A stretch of 64,000 nt of DNA from the human T2T-CHM13v2.0 reference genome, Homo sapiens (GCF_009914755.1 NC_060940.1); one strand, 5' to 3'. Shown: positions 1 through 12,938, counted from the stretch's first letter. Numbers and translations: made by a program. Notes: a model not told the origin generated them from the sequence alone.

Positions 1-96
1 CCATCCCCATGATTCAACACCTGCCATCTCCAACACTGGGATCACATTTTGACTTGAGAGCTGAGATGTAAAGGGGACAAACATCTAAACCATATA
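1..96 (-). mobile_element. MaLR LTR fragment (MST-like)
   Basis: ccccatgattcaacacct...ggggacaaacatctaaaccatat matches the reverse complement of an MST/THE1 LTR start. Confidence 0.7.
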
Positions 97-1271
97 GGGA
101 TGGACGGAAGGAAGGGAAGAAGAAAAAGGGACACAAGGAGATGTGGCAAGGAGGGTGTCTCAGCTATGGATAGCCCTTGTTCACCCCCTTGTCTTGCTGG
201 AGCAAGGCTAACACACTGGAAGTTCCTGCCCAGCTCAGGGCAGAGGAGAGCCCAGGCACAGCATGTACTTCTGAATGGTCACCATCTCCCTGCTGGACCC
301 AGAACCCAGGTGAAGTGTCCCCGTGGTGCACAGTCATCCGCCCACTCTGGCAGAAAGCTGCTGCTGGTTTAAACCATTTAACATCCCCACCATCAGTAAC
401 CACCCACCCTCATATAATTTATTTATCTATTCATTCTCCTTACCCAGATTTCCATAAACTCTTCCAACCCCTCAATGTATTCAGATGGAAATAAATGAGT
501 TTAATTACTTAAAGTAAATTTGGAATTCAGGGGCTAACGCTCTCCATTCTGCATGTGAGCCCAGCCACAGAAGGAAGTGTAAAATATTCAAGCCTTTGAA
601 AGATTGCAACCACTGGGCTTGGCAGACACCAGCACTTTGCCTTTTTTCCTGGATATGCTCCCACACTTGAGGGGGAAGTGATGGGCTCTTCCTTTCTTCC
701 CAAGTTGAGCAGAGGATGTGGAGGACAGAGAAAGCCTCAGCCAGGTGTCTCAACCCCCATGCCTCTTCCCAGGGGACTCTCCACAAGGCCTTGGATGGTT
801 TTCACATTAACCTCTTCCGCTGCTTGCTGGAGCAGCTGATAATTTTGCTGTGCACCAAATGATGCATATGAGAGATCAGAAAAATCTGTAACCAGAGAGG
901 AAAAACGGCTGCTAATGTAGTGGTAATAGGGTAGTTTAGGCGAGACTTCCAGGGAAGAGATTTACAATTTAAATAAGAAAAATAATAAACTCTAAATTAA
1001 CAAAAAGAGAGGAGAAGAAGAATGCTATGGCTGTGTGATTGGGGATGGGGATGGTGGGGACCTTGCAGGACCCTCAGAACAAGGCTGGAAGGGGCCTCAC
1101 TGAGTCAGAGGGATGCCAAAGGTGGAGGTTGAATAATGAGGGCCTTCAGGATTAGCCCCAGCTCCAGCAAGGACAGGGGCACATGGGATTGGAGCAGCTC
1201 CCTGAAGGCTCACGGAGAGCAGAGGACAGATTGCGAATTCAGACCTAGATCATCTGTCTCCAGAGCCAGGC

Positions 1272-1581
<310 letters not shown>

Positions 1582-1655
1582 TCCAGAGCCAGTTTTTAGG
1601 CATCATGACTTCCTGTCCTTTCCCTAATTCTTAGAGACCTTCCTGGCTTTCCTAC

Positions 1656-2032
1656 TGACATGGTTTGTCTGTGTCTCCACACAAAATCTCATCTTGAATT
1701 GTAATTCCCATAATCTCCACGTGTCAAGGTCAGGACAATGTGGAGGTAATTGGCTCATGGGGGTAGTGTACCCCATGCTGTTCTCAGGATAGTGACTGAA
1801 TCTCATGGTATCTGATGGTTTTATAAGCATCTGGTAGTTCCCCTCCTTGCACTCATCCCGTCCTGCTACCCCATGAAGAAGGTGCCTGCTTCTCCTTTGC
1901 CTTCTGCCATTATTGTAAGTTTCCTGAGGCCTCCCCAGCCATGTGGAACTGTGAGTCAATTAAACCTCTTTCCTTTATAAATTACCCAGTGTCAGGTATT
2001 TCTTCATAGCAGAGTAAGAATGGACTAATACA
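1656..2032 (+). mobile_element. THE1 (C/D-like) solo LTR, ERVL-MaLR
   Basis: TG...CA termini, THE1 consensus motifs, CCTAC TSD. Confidence 0.9.
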
Positions 2033-2037
2033 CCTAC

Positions 2038-2475
2038 TGCTATAATTTGGATGTTTAACCCCTCCAAACCTCATGTTAAAATTTGATTGCTAATGTTGGA
2101 GATGGGGCCTAATGAGAGGTGTTCGGGTCATGAGGGCTGATCCCTCATGAATAGATTAATGTCCTCCCTGGCAGGGGAATGCGATTGGTGGGTAAATGAA
2201 TTCTCTATTCATTCCTTTGAGAGCTGGTTGTTAAAATGAGCCTGGCACCTTCTCCCTCTCTCTCTTGCCTTCTCTCTTGCCCTGTGATCTCTGTACTCAC
2301 CAACTCCCCTTCATTTTCCACCATAAGTAGAAGTAGCCTGAAGCCCTCAGCAGAAACAGATGCTGGCACCATGCTTCTTGTGCAGCCTGCAGAACCATGA
2401 GCTAAATAAACTTCTTTTCATTCTAAATTACCCAGCCTATGTATTCTTTTATAGCAACACAAGTGGTCTAAGACA
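2038..2475 (+). mobile_element. MSTB-like solo LTR, ERVL-MaLR
   Basis: tgctataatttggatg...ctaagaca, CCTAC TSD. Confidence 0.85.
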
Positions 2476-2940
2476 CCTACCTTTCCAGGAATCATTCTGA
2501 CCATGTGAGTCTTATCTTCATGATTTTTTGTTTCCATCTTCATGTCTCCAGATACTGTGTTCCTTCCCAAGGATGGACGTGATGCTGTGGGGCCCAGGGA
2601 TTGGGGAGTAAAGTCTAACTGTATCCGCCTTTGCAGACTGGGAGCTCAGTAAAGACTAGAGCTTTTTCTAGGCAAAACCACAATACAGTGCCCTAAGTTG
2701 GTTCAGGGACCTTCCTATTCTTCCTTGGCTTTTTTAGTTAGAAATTGAGGGTCATCCTGTTATCTGATGCCTTTTAGCACAGACACCTACTGAAGCTGGT
2801 CATCCATACTTTCCCACCCTCCCTGTTTCCACACCAACCCTTGTCTCTCCTGATTATTGATCCTCAGATCCCGATGCCTCTGCAGACAAACTTCCCTTGA
2901 CCTAAGTAAGGTCCCTGCACCTGAGCCCAGTCCCTACTGC

Positions 2941-3408
2941 CTGTATACAAATGCTTATAGCTGTACCATTCACAAGAGCCAAAAGATGGAAGCAAACCAA
3001 ATGTCCATCAGCAAGTGAACAGACAAAATGCTGTCTACCCATACAGTGGGATATTATTCAGCCTTGAAAAGGAATGAAGTTCTCACCCAAGCTACAGTGT
3101 AGATGAACCTTGAAAATACCATACTTAGTAGAAAAAACTAGACCTGAAGAACACTTACTCCATGATTGCATTTATAAAAGTGTCCAGAACAGGAAAACCC
3201 ATGGAAACAGAAAGTAGATTAATGGTTGAACATAAACTTGGACGTGATTCGTGGAACATGAACATGATTAGTGGTTGAACAGGAACATTACTGGAAGCAG
3301 GTAGTGGTGATGGTTGCATAACATTGTGAATGTACTAAATGCCACTGAATTGTTCACTATAAAATGATTAACATAGTGAATTTTATGTTATGTGTATTTT
3401 ACCACAAA
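2941..3408 (+). mobile_element. L1MB-type 3' end fragment
   Basis: aaatgtccatca...gaaagtagatt...ttttatgttatgtgtattttaccac. Confidence 0.8.
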
Positions 3409-5170
3409 TATACATATTATATATATATATTATGTTATACTGAAATATAGAATTACCTAAAACTGTACATAATTGTATGTGTAAAACCAGGTTGTTTTTC
3501 TCAGTCTCTCAGGTCTCTTCCACCCTCTTTCCTGAAGAGGAGCTTTCTCTGCTCACACATCGGCATAAACCTCCAAATAACTACCTGGGCCCCTCTCAGC
3601 ACTGCTACCTTGGGCAGTGTTTCACTACCACAAATCGAACTTCTAAACCTGATGGGCCAAGCTTATCTCTCCGTAGACTAAACATGCAGTGGCCTTCCTT
3701 ACCTTTCCTACTGTCTATTGTCCTCTGTTTACTACAGGTGTGGTAGCAGTCAGACTACCCCTCGAGGGTTCCCTCGCTCACTTGGGTGATGTTCTGACTG
3801 TTAGCTGGGAGTTGGAGGAACAAAGGTAAGCCATTATGTAAATATCAGGCCATTCAAAGACATATTGTTATCTCTTCCAGTGAAAAGGGAAGGTAAAAGC
3901 TTGAGAATGATGCATTCCTTTTAAATCTGATACTATTTAAAATGAGATATGCGTATAATTACCCATATGACACTTTGGCAAAACCCAGGTCTATCTGAGT
4001 CTCCTGCCTGCATTCAGGAACGCTGTAGCTCTCACTGGAAATCCTATGTGTAAAATTGGTATATTGGAGAAGGGTTGGGGCTGGAACAGGGATACTGGCT
4101 GTTCTTAATCAGCTTCCTAGGGAGTCTTTGAAAATGTGGTGAAATTTGGAGTTGTTAGCTGACTGGGGGGTGCTTTTGGAATCTAGTGTAGGCAGGGCAG
4201 GAGTTAGGGATGCCAGAAGTCCTGCAGTGAGTGGTCCAGACCTCACAATCATTATCCCATGCCAATGTGACTGTAGCCCACTGACAGAAGGAGATTTGGA
4301 TTCTACTACACCTCAGACTCGTAACTCGTTGTGTGACCTTGGAAAAATCACCTAAATCTCAATCTCTTCATTATTTATTTTTGCAATGCCTGGATCCGTG
4401 GTTTACAAATTGGATTCTTAGGTGAAGACTTGGGGTCTGCAAACATTTTTACCCATTGGGTGGATTCATGAGAATCGCTTTTCCTCTGAAGGGGGTCCCT
4501 ACATTATTTAAGTTTGAGAAACATTAAGCTTGTTTTTAACAATAATAGAAAACAGTAGCTGAGTGATTCCTTTCCTGCTACATTCTCAGCAACCTGTTAA
4601 GTCGGGTATTTTTATTAGCTCCATTTTCTAGAGGAGGAACTGAAGTTTATACAGTTTGGGAAGGCAAGTAGGTGGTAGAGTTGGGATGTGAATGCGTGCG
4701 TTCACTATAATCCACAGTCTTAGCCATCAAACCAGTGTCCCAAAATGTACTTTTCCACAAACCTCTTTATTTATTTCTGCAGTTTCAAATACCAGAATGA
4801 TTTTTGACATATTTTTATACCCTAGCTCTGTGATTCATTTAATGTTTTAAATTGATTCCATTTTGACTGACATTTATTTTAATTGGAAACTATGATTATT
4901 TTTCTTAAAATCCAATGAAAGTAAAACAATGTTACTAAATTCTATGCAGATTCCTAAAAGGCTCCAAGTGTGTGACTTGCTCTGTCTTTGTTAAAAAGGA
5001 GATACAAAAATATTAGAAGTTAAATATATATGTGTGTGGCAAACAGACTTTTTGCTTGTTGAATTCCAAAATGTTGCAAGAAAATTGAATATGAAATTAC
5101 TTTCTCACTCTAGGCACCAATGGCTTTTAACACTCTATGTACGAGTGATCTAAAGTCATTACCTTAGGTA

Positions 5171-6291
5171 TTATCAAAAAGTCAAAAGGTAAGTGTTGGT
5201 AAGGGTGTGGAGAAAAGAGAACGCTTGTACACTGCTAGTGGGAATGTAAATTAGTACAGCTATGATGGAAAACAATATGGAGGTTCCCCCCAAAAGTAGA
5301 AGTAGAACTACCGTATGATCCAGCAATAGTGCTTCTGGGTATATATCCAAAGGGAATGAAATCTGTATATCGAAGAGATATCTGCAGTCTCATGTTCATT
5401 GCAGCACTATTCACAACAGTCAAAATGTGGAATCAGTGTAAGTGTCCTGCAACGGATGAATGGGTAAAAATAATGTGGTGTATATACATGATGGAATACT
5501 ATTCAGCCTTGAAAAAGAAGGAATTTCTGTTATTTGTGACAAAATGGGTAAACCTGGAAGACCTTATGCTAAGTGAAATAAGCTAGGCACAGAAACACAA
5601 ATATTACACGATCCCACTTGTAAATGGAATCTAAAAACATCAAAATCCTGGAAACAGAGAGTAGAATGGTGGTTACCAGAGGCTGGGGCAGGAGCTGGAG
5701 GTTGTTGGTGAGATAGAATAAAGTTTTGGTTAGACAAGAGGAATGTGTTTTAGTGATCTGTGGCAGGGCATGGTGACTATCATTAGTAATAAAGTGTATT
5801 TTGAAATAGCTGAATAAATGTATTTTATTTTTATTTATTTATTTTTTATTTTTTGAGACAGGGTATTGCTCTGTCACCCAGGCTGGAGAAGAGTGGTGTG
5901 ATCACAGCTCACTGTAGCCTTGATCTCCTGGGCCCAAGTGGTGTTCCTGCCTCAGCCTCCTGAGTAGCTGAGATTACCACACCTTGCTAGTGTTTTAATT
6001 GTTTGTAGAGACGGGGGTCTCACTGTGTTGCTCTGGCTGGTCTTAAAACTCCTGGCCTCAAATGATCCTCCAGCCCCTGCCTTCCCAAGTGTTGGGATTA
6101 TAGGCAGGAGCCACCACACCCAGTCATGCATAGATTTTAAATGTTCTCGCCATGAAAAAAAAAAAAAAGTATGTGAGATGATGGATATGCTAATTAGCTT
6201 GATTTAATCATCCCACAATGTATGGATGTATCAAAACATCATGTTGTACCCCATAAACATATACAATTATTATTTGTCAATTTAAAATAAA
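5171..6291 (+). mobile_element. L1MA-type 3' end (ORF2 tail and 3' UTR), split by an Alu
   Basis: Translates to LLGIYPK...MFIAALFT, an L1 ORF2 C-terminal motif; 3' UTR resumes after the Alu. Confidence 0.9.
5821..6125 (-). mobile_element. AluJ
   Basis: Diverged Alu dimer with AluJ-type positions. Confidence 0.9.
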
Positions 6292-7129
6292 ATTGTTATG
6301 TTAGGTAACACTGGTGAAAGTCACTATATGTTCCTCCTGCCACCACATCCCTTCCTGCTGTCAGATTCTGGCCCTGTAACTTTACACCAGAGCCGATGCT
6401 GACCAGGTCCTAGGTGCTTTCACTCTCTGTGCTTCTGCCCAATAAAAAAAAAAAAAAAAAAAATTCCTGAAATGCGTTCTTGGCTGCCTCAATCCTGGTA
6501 TTGTGGGCCACCATTTTGGTTCCACAGTTGTCTGACCAGTTCTTTCCCACCCTGGCTTTGGAAGGTTAGAAATCTTTTGTTTTTCCTACTTTTCAATTAC
6601 AAAAGCCTGTTTGAACAGCCTCTGTGACAGCCCATGTTCAAATAAGCTTTTGTAATTGAAAACAGAGCTCGCAATGTGGCTGCAGGGATGCTCGCCTCAA
6701 AAGGAGGGGTTGCAGATCCAGCTGTGAGCTGGTCCCTAAGGCCACTTTCAAAGTGTTTAAAGCTTCTTTCCAATTTAAAAAAAAAAAAAAAAAAAGGAAA
6801 GAAAATCCTATTTAAACACACAGTCCAGACCGACTGGCTTGGGTGATTGAAAATGAAAATTTTGACAGAGACATTGCTTTGGATCCAGGGGCAGTAGTCT
6901 TGGGAAGCGGACAGGGAAGGGGCATTACCTCCTGGTGGGCCTTCTCATCCCTCCCCCAGCACCTCTGTGCCACTTTCTAAGGGGTCTCTGAGGTTGAATG
7001 CACAGGTCTCAGCAAGTTCAAGTTCTTACTTAGGCTCACCTTCAAGTTCAGTCTTAAGCCTCTCTCTCTCTCTCTCTCTCTTTCTCTGCCCACCACCCCC
7101 AAGCATTATAAATGTAATGTCTGAGAATC

Positions 7130-7340
7130 ATGGTTCTGGAAAGAGAATTGGGTTCAAATTCTAGCTATGTGACGTTGAGCAATCATCAAACTCCTCTGGG
7201 ACTCAGTTTCCTCTCCTATAAGACAGCATGACATTAGAGTGTCTTTGAAGATTAAAGGACATAATCTATTTAAATTACCTCTTACTATACTGCAAGACAA
7301 AGGTTCCATGTTCCATATGTGTAGTTATTTTTACTATTAA
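7130..7340 (+). mobile_element. MIR
   Basis: gggttcaaattctagctatgtgac...ctcagtttcctc core. Confidence 0.65.
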
Positions 7341-7946
7341 TGCTGGTAACAATATGGATCATAATATAATAATAAAGTGAAAGACTTCATAGTGTTTAAG
7401 AATGTAGACTTTGGTGTCAGATTGGTCTGAGTGATCATCCCTGAGCATCTGTTTTTTTTATGTTAAAATGGGAATAATGATAGATTTACACACATGCATA
7501 CCTAGTCACTTGCTGTGTGCCACACGCTGGGATGGGATGTGAACAGAACTCACTAAGAGCTGGCAAGGGAGTAGGCTAGAAGGTAAGTAGGTACAAACAG
7601 AGTCTTCTGAGAGTCCAGAAAAGGAGAGAATTAATTCTTAATGAGGGTGGGGAGGGTGGGAAATTGTCAAGAACAGATGTGCTTTGAGTGGGGCACAATG
7701 TGGCTGGTCAGGAAAGGAGAAAGACGGATGCACTACGAAGCAGGTGTGAGTGAGTGAAGTGAGTGAAGAAAGAAGGCGGAATGGCTTGCATTTCAGTACA
7801 GCTGGAGAATGGGGGCTGGGAGGGGGTTTGCGTTTGTGAAAGTTGAATGGAAGGATGGGAGACAGGGTGCCTCTAGGGGCATCTGTGTTAATGTTGGGAT
7901 TATAAGTGACAGAAAGTCAACACCAAATAGCTTAAAAGAAAGAAGA

Positions 7947-8766
7947 ATGGATGGATGGATGGATGGATGGATGGATGGATGGATGCTTGGATGTATAGAT
8001 GGGTAGGTGGGAGGGTGAGTAGGTGAGTGGGTGGGAGGGTGGGTGGTTGGTTGGATGGATGGATGGATGGGAGGTGGGAAGGTTGGTAGCTGGATGGATG
8101 GGAGGGTGGATGGATGGATGCATGGATGGATGCATGGTTGGGTAGGTGGGAGGGTGGATGGATGGATGGATGCATGGATGGAAGCATGGTTGGGTGGGTG
8201 GGAGGGTGTGTATGTGGGTGGGTGGGAGGGTGGATGGATGCATGGTTGGGTAGGTGGGAGGGTGGGTATGTGGGCGGGTGGGAGGGTGGATGTATGCCTG
8301 GATGGATGCATGGTTGGGTACATGGGAGGGTGGGTAGGTGGACGGGTGGCAGGGTGGATGGATGCATGGCTGGATGCATGGTTGGGTAGGTGGGAGGGTG
8401 GGTAGGTGGGCACATGGGTAAGTGGGAGGGTGGGTGGATGCATGGTTGGGTAGGTGGGAGGGTGAGTAGGTGGGCAGGTGGGAGGGTGGATGGATGCATG
8501 GATGGATGCATGGTTGGGTGGGTGGGAGGGCGGGTATGTTGGTGGGTGGGAGGGTGGATGGTTGCATGGATGGATGGATGGATTCACCGATGGATGCATG
8601 GATGGATGTATGGCTGGGTAGGTGGGAGGGTGGATGGATGCATGGATGGGTGCATGGTTGGGTAGGTGGGAGGATGGGTAGGTGGGTGGGTGGGAGGGTG
8701 GATGGATGGATGCATGGATGGATGCATGGATGGGTAGGTGGGAGGGTGGTTGAATGGATGGATAGA
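7947..8766 (+). repeat. Complex G-rich tetranucleotide-derived minisatellite (GGAT/GGGT/GGGA)
   Basis: Pure (GGAT)n start, then recurrent GGATGCATGGTTGGGTAGGTGGGAGGGT blocks. Confidence 0.95.
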
Positions 8767-9448
8767 TGAGAAGTAAACTTATTTGTCCAAGAGTAGTCTA
8801 ACTTCAGGCTCAGTAGGACCAAAAAGCTTAGATGTTGTCATTAGTACCCACCTCTTGCTCTCTGCACATAGGGCTATTCTTTTGTATTGGCTTCATTATT
8901 AGGCTCCACCTGGTTACCCCTTGAGCTCCAACCACATCAATCATCCTATTGCTCATGGCCTCAGTGAGAAAAAGAAAAAAGTGCCTTTCTGGTAGATTCC
9001 ACCTGTGTTCCTATTGACCACCATGGGTCATTTAACTATTCTCATACTTAACACTGTGAGATCAAGGTGCGGGGAAAGGGGACTGAATTAACAAAATAAC
9101 ATCACTTGGCCATATCTGGAGGTGGAGATGGGTCCTTTGTCTGAACCACAGAGACTTAAAGTGGGAGAAAAGTTTGACAGGAGAGGAAGATCAGGCAGGT
9201 GTTAACAGAGAAGGAGAGTGGTTTCCAGGCTGAAAAAGCAACAGATGCCCACCGTAGCCCTGCATGCTCAACCACATTCTGACTTAATGTGTAGGCAGAT
9301 AGGTAAGTCTTTGAGCAGCTGGGTCTGAAAAGACGTTACAGACCTGAGATCATATGGTCCTGGTGAGAGCTTCCAGGATCAAACAGGTCAGGCTGAAGGA
9401 GACTCAAGTTTTGTGGGTCCTGAATCTTACAGTTTGGAGCCCTTCTTT

Positions 9449-10346
9449 GTGTAGGCAGAATCCTGAAATGGCCCCTGAGATTCCCTACCCGTCTCATGCA
9501 TATACCCTGAATATTGTTTGGAACTTGAATATGATGCATTTTACTGCTGTGATTAGATTGTTATGTGGCATAGGTCTTGCTCTGTCTCCCAGGCTGGAGT
9601 ACAGTGGCACAGTCCTAACTCACTGCAGCCTTGACCTCCTGGGCTCGAGCATTCCACCCACTTCAGCCTCCCAAGTAGCTGGGACAACAAGCATGCACCA
9701 TCACTCCTAGCTAATTTTTTTTTGTACACTTGGGCCTCTCCCTATGTTTCCCAGGCTGGTTTCGGACTCTTGGACTCAAGCAGTCCTCCCGCCTTGGCTT
9801 CCCAAAGTGTTGCGGATTGCAGGAATGAGCCACTGTGCCTGGCCTTGTATGGCATAGTTGGTCCTAAGAGAGGAAGAATGATTTGGCTGGGATTGACTTA
9901 ATCACACCAGTCCATTAAAAGCCGAGAATTTTCTGCTGTTGGTCAAAAAAGAGGAAGTTAGAGATCAGTGAGAAGGTTTTGATGCACCGTAGCTGGTTTA
10001 AAGATGGAAGGGCCGTGCCCTAAGGAATACAGAAGGTCTGTGGGACTGAGGGCTGCCCTTGTCTGACAGCTGCCAGAAAACAGAGCCTCAGTCCTGAAAC
10101 GTCAAGGAACTGCATTTTTCCAACAACGGGAATGAATATTGAGGCAGATTTTTCTCCAGCACCTCCAGATGAAAATTCAGCAAGGTCGACAGTTTGATGT
10201 CAGGCTTGTAGGACTCTAAGCAGACAGAGACCCCAGCCATGCCATGCTAGACATCTGCCCTTACAGAACTGTGAGCGAATGAGTGAGTGTTGTTTTGAGC
10301 TCCTAAGGTTGTCGTGATTTGTTCTGCAGCAATAGAAAACAAACAC
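9449..10346 (+). mobile_element. MLT1 (E/F-like) LTR split by an AluJ
   Basis: tgtaggcagaatcctgaaatggcccc start; gcagcaatagaaaacaaaca end. Confidence 0.8.
9573..9844 (-). mobile_element. AluJ lacking its poly-A tail
   Basis: Alu body begins directly after the TSD-like ttatgtggcatag. Confidence 0.9.
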
Positions 10347-11518
10347 ACTCTTTAAGTAAAAGGAACAAAATTATGATTATAACATTAGATATATAAAATT
10401 AGGTCAGTTTCATCAATGTCATGGAAAATCCACCACTGGGGTCAGGAGGCTCTGGTCTTGTTTACGTGCATTTCCCATCTCTCCCAATTCTCTATAAACG
10501 TGGGATGCTGAAGAATTCACATACTCATTTCCCACGTGACCTCGGGTGCTTGGTTCTCCCTGCTCTTTGGCCCCAGTGCCTCACACCCGCCACTCCCTGC
10601 TCCCATATGGTTGTGGCATTGCCAAGCCATTTGGTCCATTTCCCTTCCTGGCAAAGAAAAAAAAGGTAAAGCTCTCAAAATTATTAGGTAATGATATCAC
10701 TTTAAAAAGCGACACAATATTTTAACAGCATGACGCCACTTAGCTGTGGTTTAATAAAATGTAGAAAGCCCAGAGCCGAGGAAGCTGCAGCAGCCTTAGG
10801 TGGGGGCAGACAAACAGCTCTGGAAACTCACATCAGGAAAATTACTTCTTCTTCAAATGGAAACTTTTCAATTGCTTTCAAATAGCTGGAGCTGATAGAA
10901 ATAATTTCCTTAGCACGTTTGCATACGCTGCCTGTGTCTTCTCCGCATGGCGCCAGGAGCTTCATTAATAAAGATTGTTGCGAGGTTCCGATGTTGCCAG
11001 GCTCTTGTTATTTAGAAAAAGCACCAAACCAAGTCAAGGGGAGTCAATTGATTACTAAATGCAATTCCTGTTTGGTGTCCCTGAGGCAAACTGAGGGCAG
11101 TGGGGGAGTGTTCGTGTGTTCTTATGCACGCATGTACCAGGGATCCTGCCAGAGTGGCTCCGACATGTCAGCCTGATCCTTGGCTCGTTTTGAGGGATCT
11201 CTTTAGGATCACAGGGACCGTCAGGGTTGAATCTCCTTGTTTTCCTGATGTGAAAAACGGATGCTCCTGCAGGGAAAAGTGACTTAGGAACAATCACACA
11301 GAAAAACAGAAATTGCCATTTAGGGAGGCCAAGCTATTGTCTTGGGTCTAGCAGACCTTATTATGTTTTCATAATGGATAGGGAGTTAGGCTTTGATTGT
11401 TCTCTTTCTGGGCCTTTCTTTCCAAAGCCCTGAAATACTATGTAGAGTTTGGGGTAGAAGATTAATGAGCTCAGTGTTTTTAATAATGAAGTTTGGGAGG
11501 GCTGGTGGCCACAAGGTG

Positions 11519-11845
11519 TTTTTTTTTGTTTTTTTTTTAACTTATATTTTAGGCTTGTGGGTACGTGTGCAGGTTTGTTATATAGGTAAACTCGAGTGAT
11601 GGGGGTTTGTTGTACAGATTATTTCATCACTCAGGTAGTAAGCCTAGTACCCAATAATTATTTTTTCTGTTCCTCTCCCTCCTCCCACCCTCCACCCTCA
11701 AGTAGGCGCCTGTGTCTGTTGTTCCCTTCTTTGTGTTCATGAGTTCTCATCATTTAGCTTATAAGTGAGAACATGTGACATTTGGGGTTTCTGCTCCTGC
11801 ATTAGTTCACTAAGGATAATGGCCTCCAGCCCCATCCATGTTCCT
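11519..11845 (-). mobile_element. L1PA (15/16-like) 3' end
   Basis: gtgcaggtttgttatataggtaaac; TSD gccacaaggtg. Confidence 0.9.
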
Positions 11846-12324
11846 GCCACAAGGTGGTTTTATGTGGACACGGCATGGCATCATCCTCAGGAGCTCAGTA
11901 TAAGGAACATGCTGCTGTTTCGTTGGCCTTCCATTTTTCAAATCCTGTAGGGAGAAAGGCCCAGATTGGTGCAAACACAGCTTTAATGCCTCTCCAAAGC
12001 TCCCCAGCTTCCCTTTACTACAAAGAGGCACAGAGCCTTGGAAAGACAGTGGTACCCAGCTCATTGTGTTTATTATATCTATTGTGCTTATTTTATGGTT
12101 ATTCTTTATGGCAGCTGGTGTGGATTTTGCATTTATGTAAAGCTTCCTTTCTAAATCTATTACTTTCTTTTAAAAACTGAGTCCACTTAAAGAAATACAT
12201 AAAGTATGAGGTGAATTACAAGACATCAGAGTGAAGCCAAGATATCCTGGCCTAGTCCACGACTCACGTTGCAGATCAGGAGACTGAGGCCTGCAGTATG
12301 GACAGATCCCGCCAAGTGTTTTAA

Positions 12325-12492
12325 AAGAGAAGAGGATATTGAATGTTCCCAACACAAAGAAATGATAAATATTTGAGATGATGGATATGCTGATTACTCT
12401 GATGTGATTACTACACGTTATATTTATGGAAATATCAGGATGTGCCCCATAAATATGTATAATTATTACGTGTCATTTAATTAATTAATTAA
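12325..12492 (+). mobile_element. L1MA 3' end fragment
   Basis: gaatgttcccaacacaaagaaatgataaat... Confidence 0.8.
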
Positions 12493-12938
12493 TGTGGGGG
12501 ACTGACCCACAGACCAAGGCTGCACGATGGATGAATAACATACTCAGACACTGATATTCAGTGAAAGAGCAGGGCAGGGGACCGGGCCACTCACAGAAAG
12601 AGTTGTGGCAGCTGCACACAGACTGGCTGGCCCTGTGGGCATTTATTCAGCACAGATTTAATGACAAAGGCTTTGAGTCAACACACCTGTGGGTAATTAA
12701 TCTGGTTGGCCTCCCCCAGAGAGATCAGTCCTGCATCTGCAGAATATCGAAGGGTCAATCTTTGGGCCACATGATTAAACAAGTGTCTACACCCTCAGCT
12801 TTTAAGAGAATTCAGCTGCCTTCAGCCAACTCTTTTACTGAAGCTTTGCAAACCTCCTGGCCTTCCAAGAAGGCTTGTGTCTATTTCCTATAACTTTATC
12901 TTTATAATTTTTCCCACTACCCTGACCAATCCCCTACA
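12493..12938 (-). mobile_element. LTR22-family solo LTR (HERV-K HML-5)
   Basis: Reverse strand starts tgtaggggattggtcagggtagtgggaaaaattataaagataaagttatagg; TG...CA termini. Confidence 0.75.

Noticed and set aside
1930-1942. PRDM9 hotspot motif in the THE1 LTR
   Set aside because: The sequence is CCTCCCCAGCCAT, which mismatches CCTCCCTNNCCAC at two positions.
5329-5586. ORF LLGIYPK...MFIAALFT
   Set aside because: It is a decayed L1 ORF2 C-terminus, not a host gene.
7793-8822. Long His/Pro-rich and Gly/Trp-rich ORFs (up to 296 aa)
   Set aside because: They are translations of the GGAT/GGGT minisatellite and are open in several frames.
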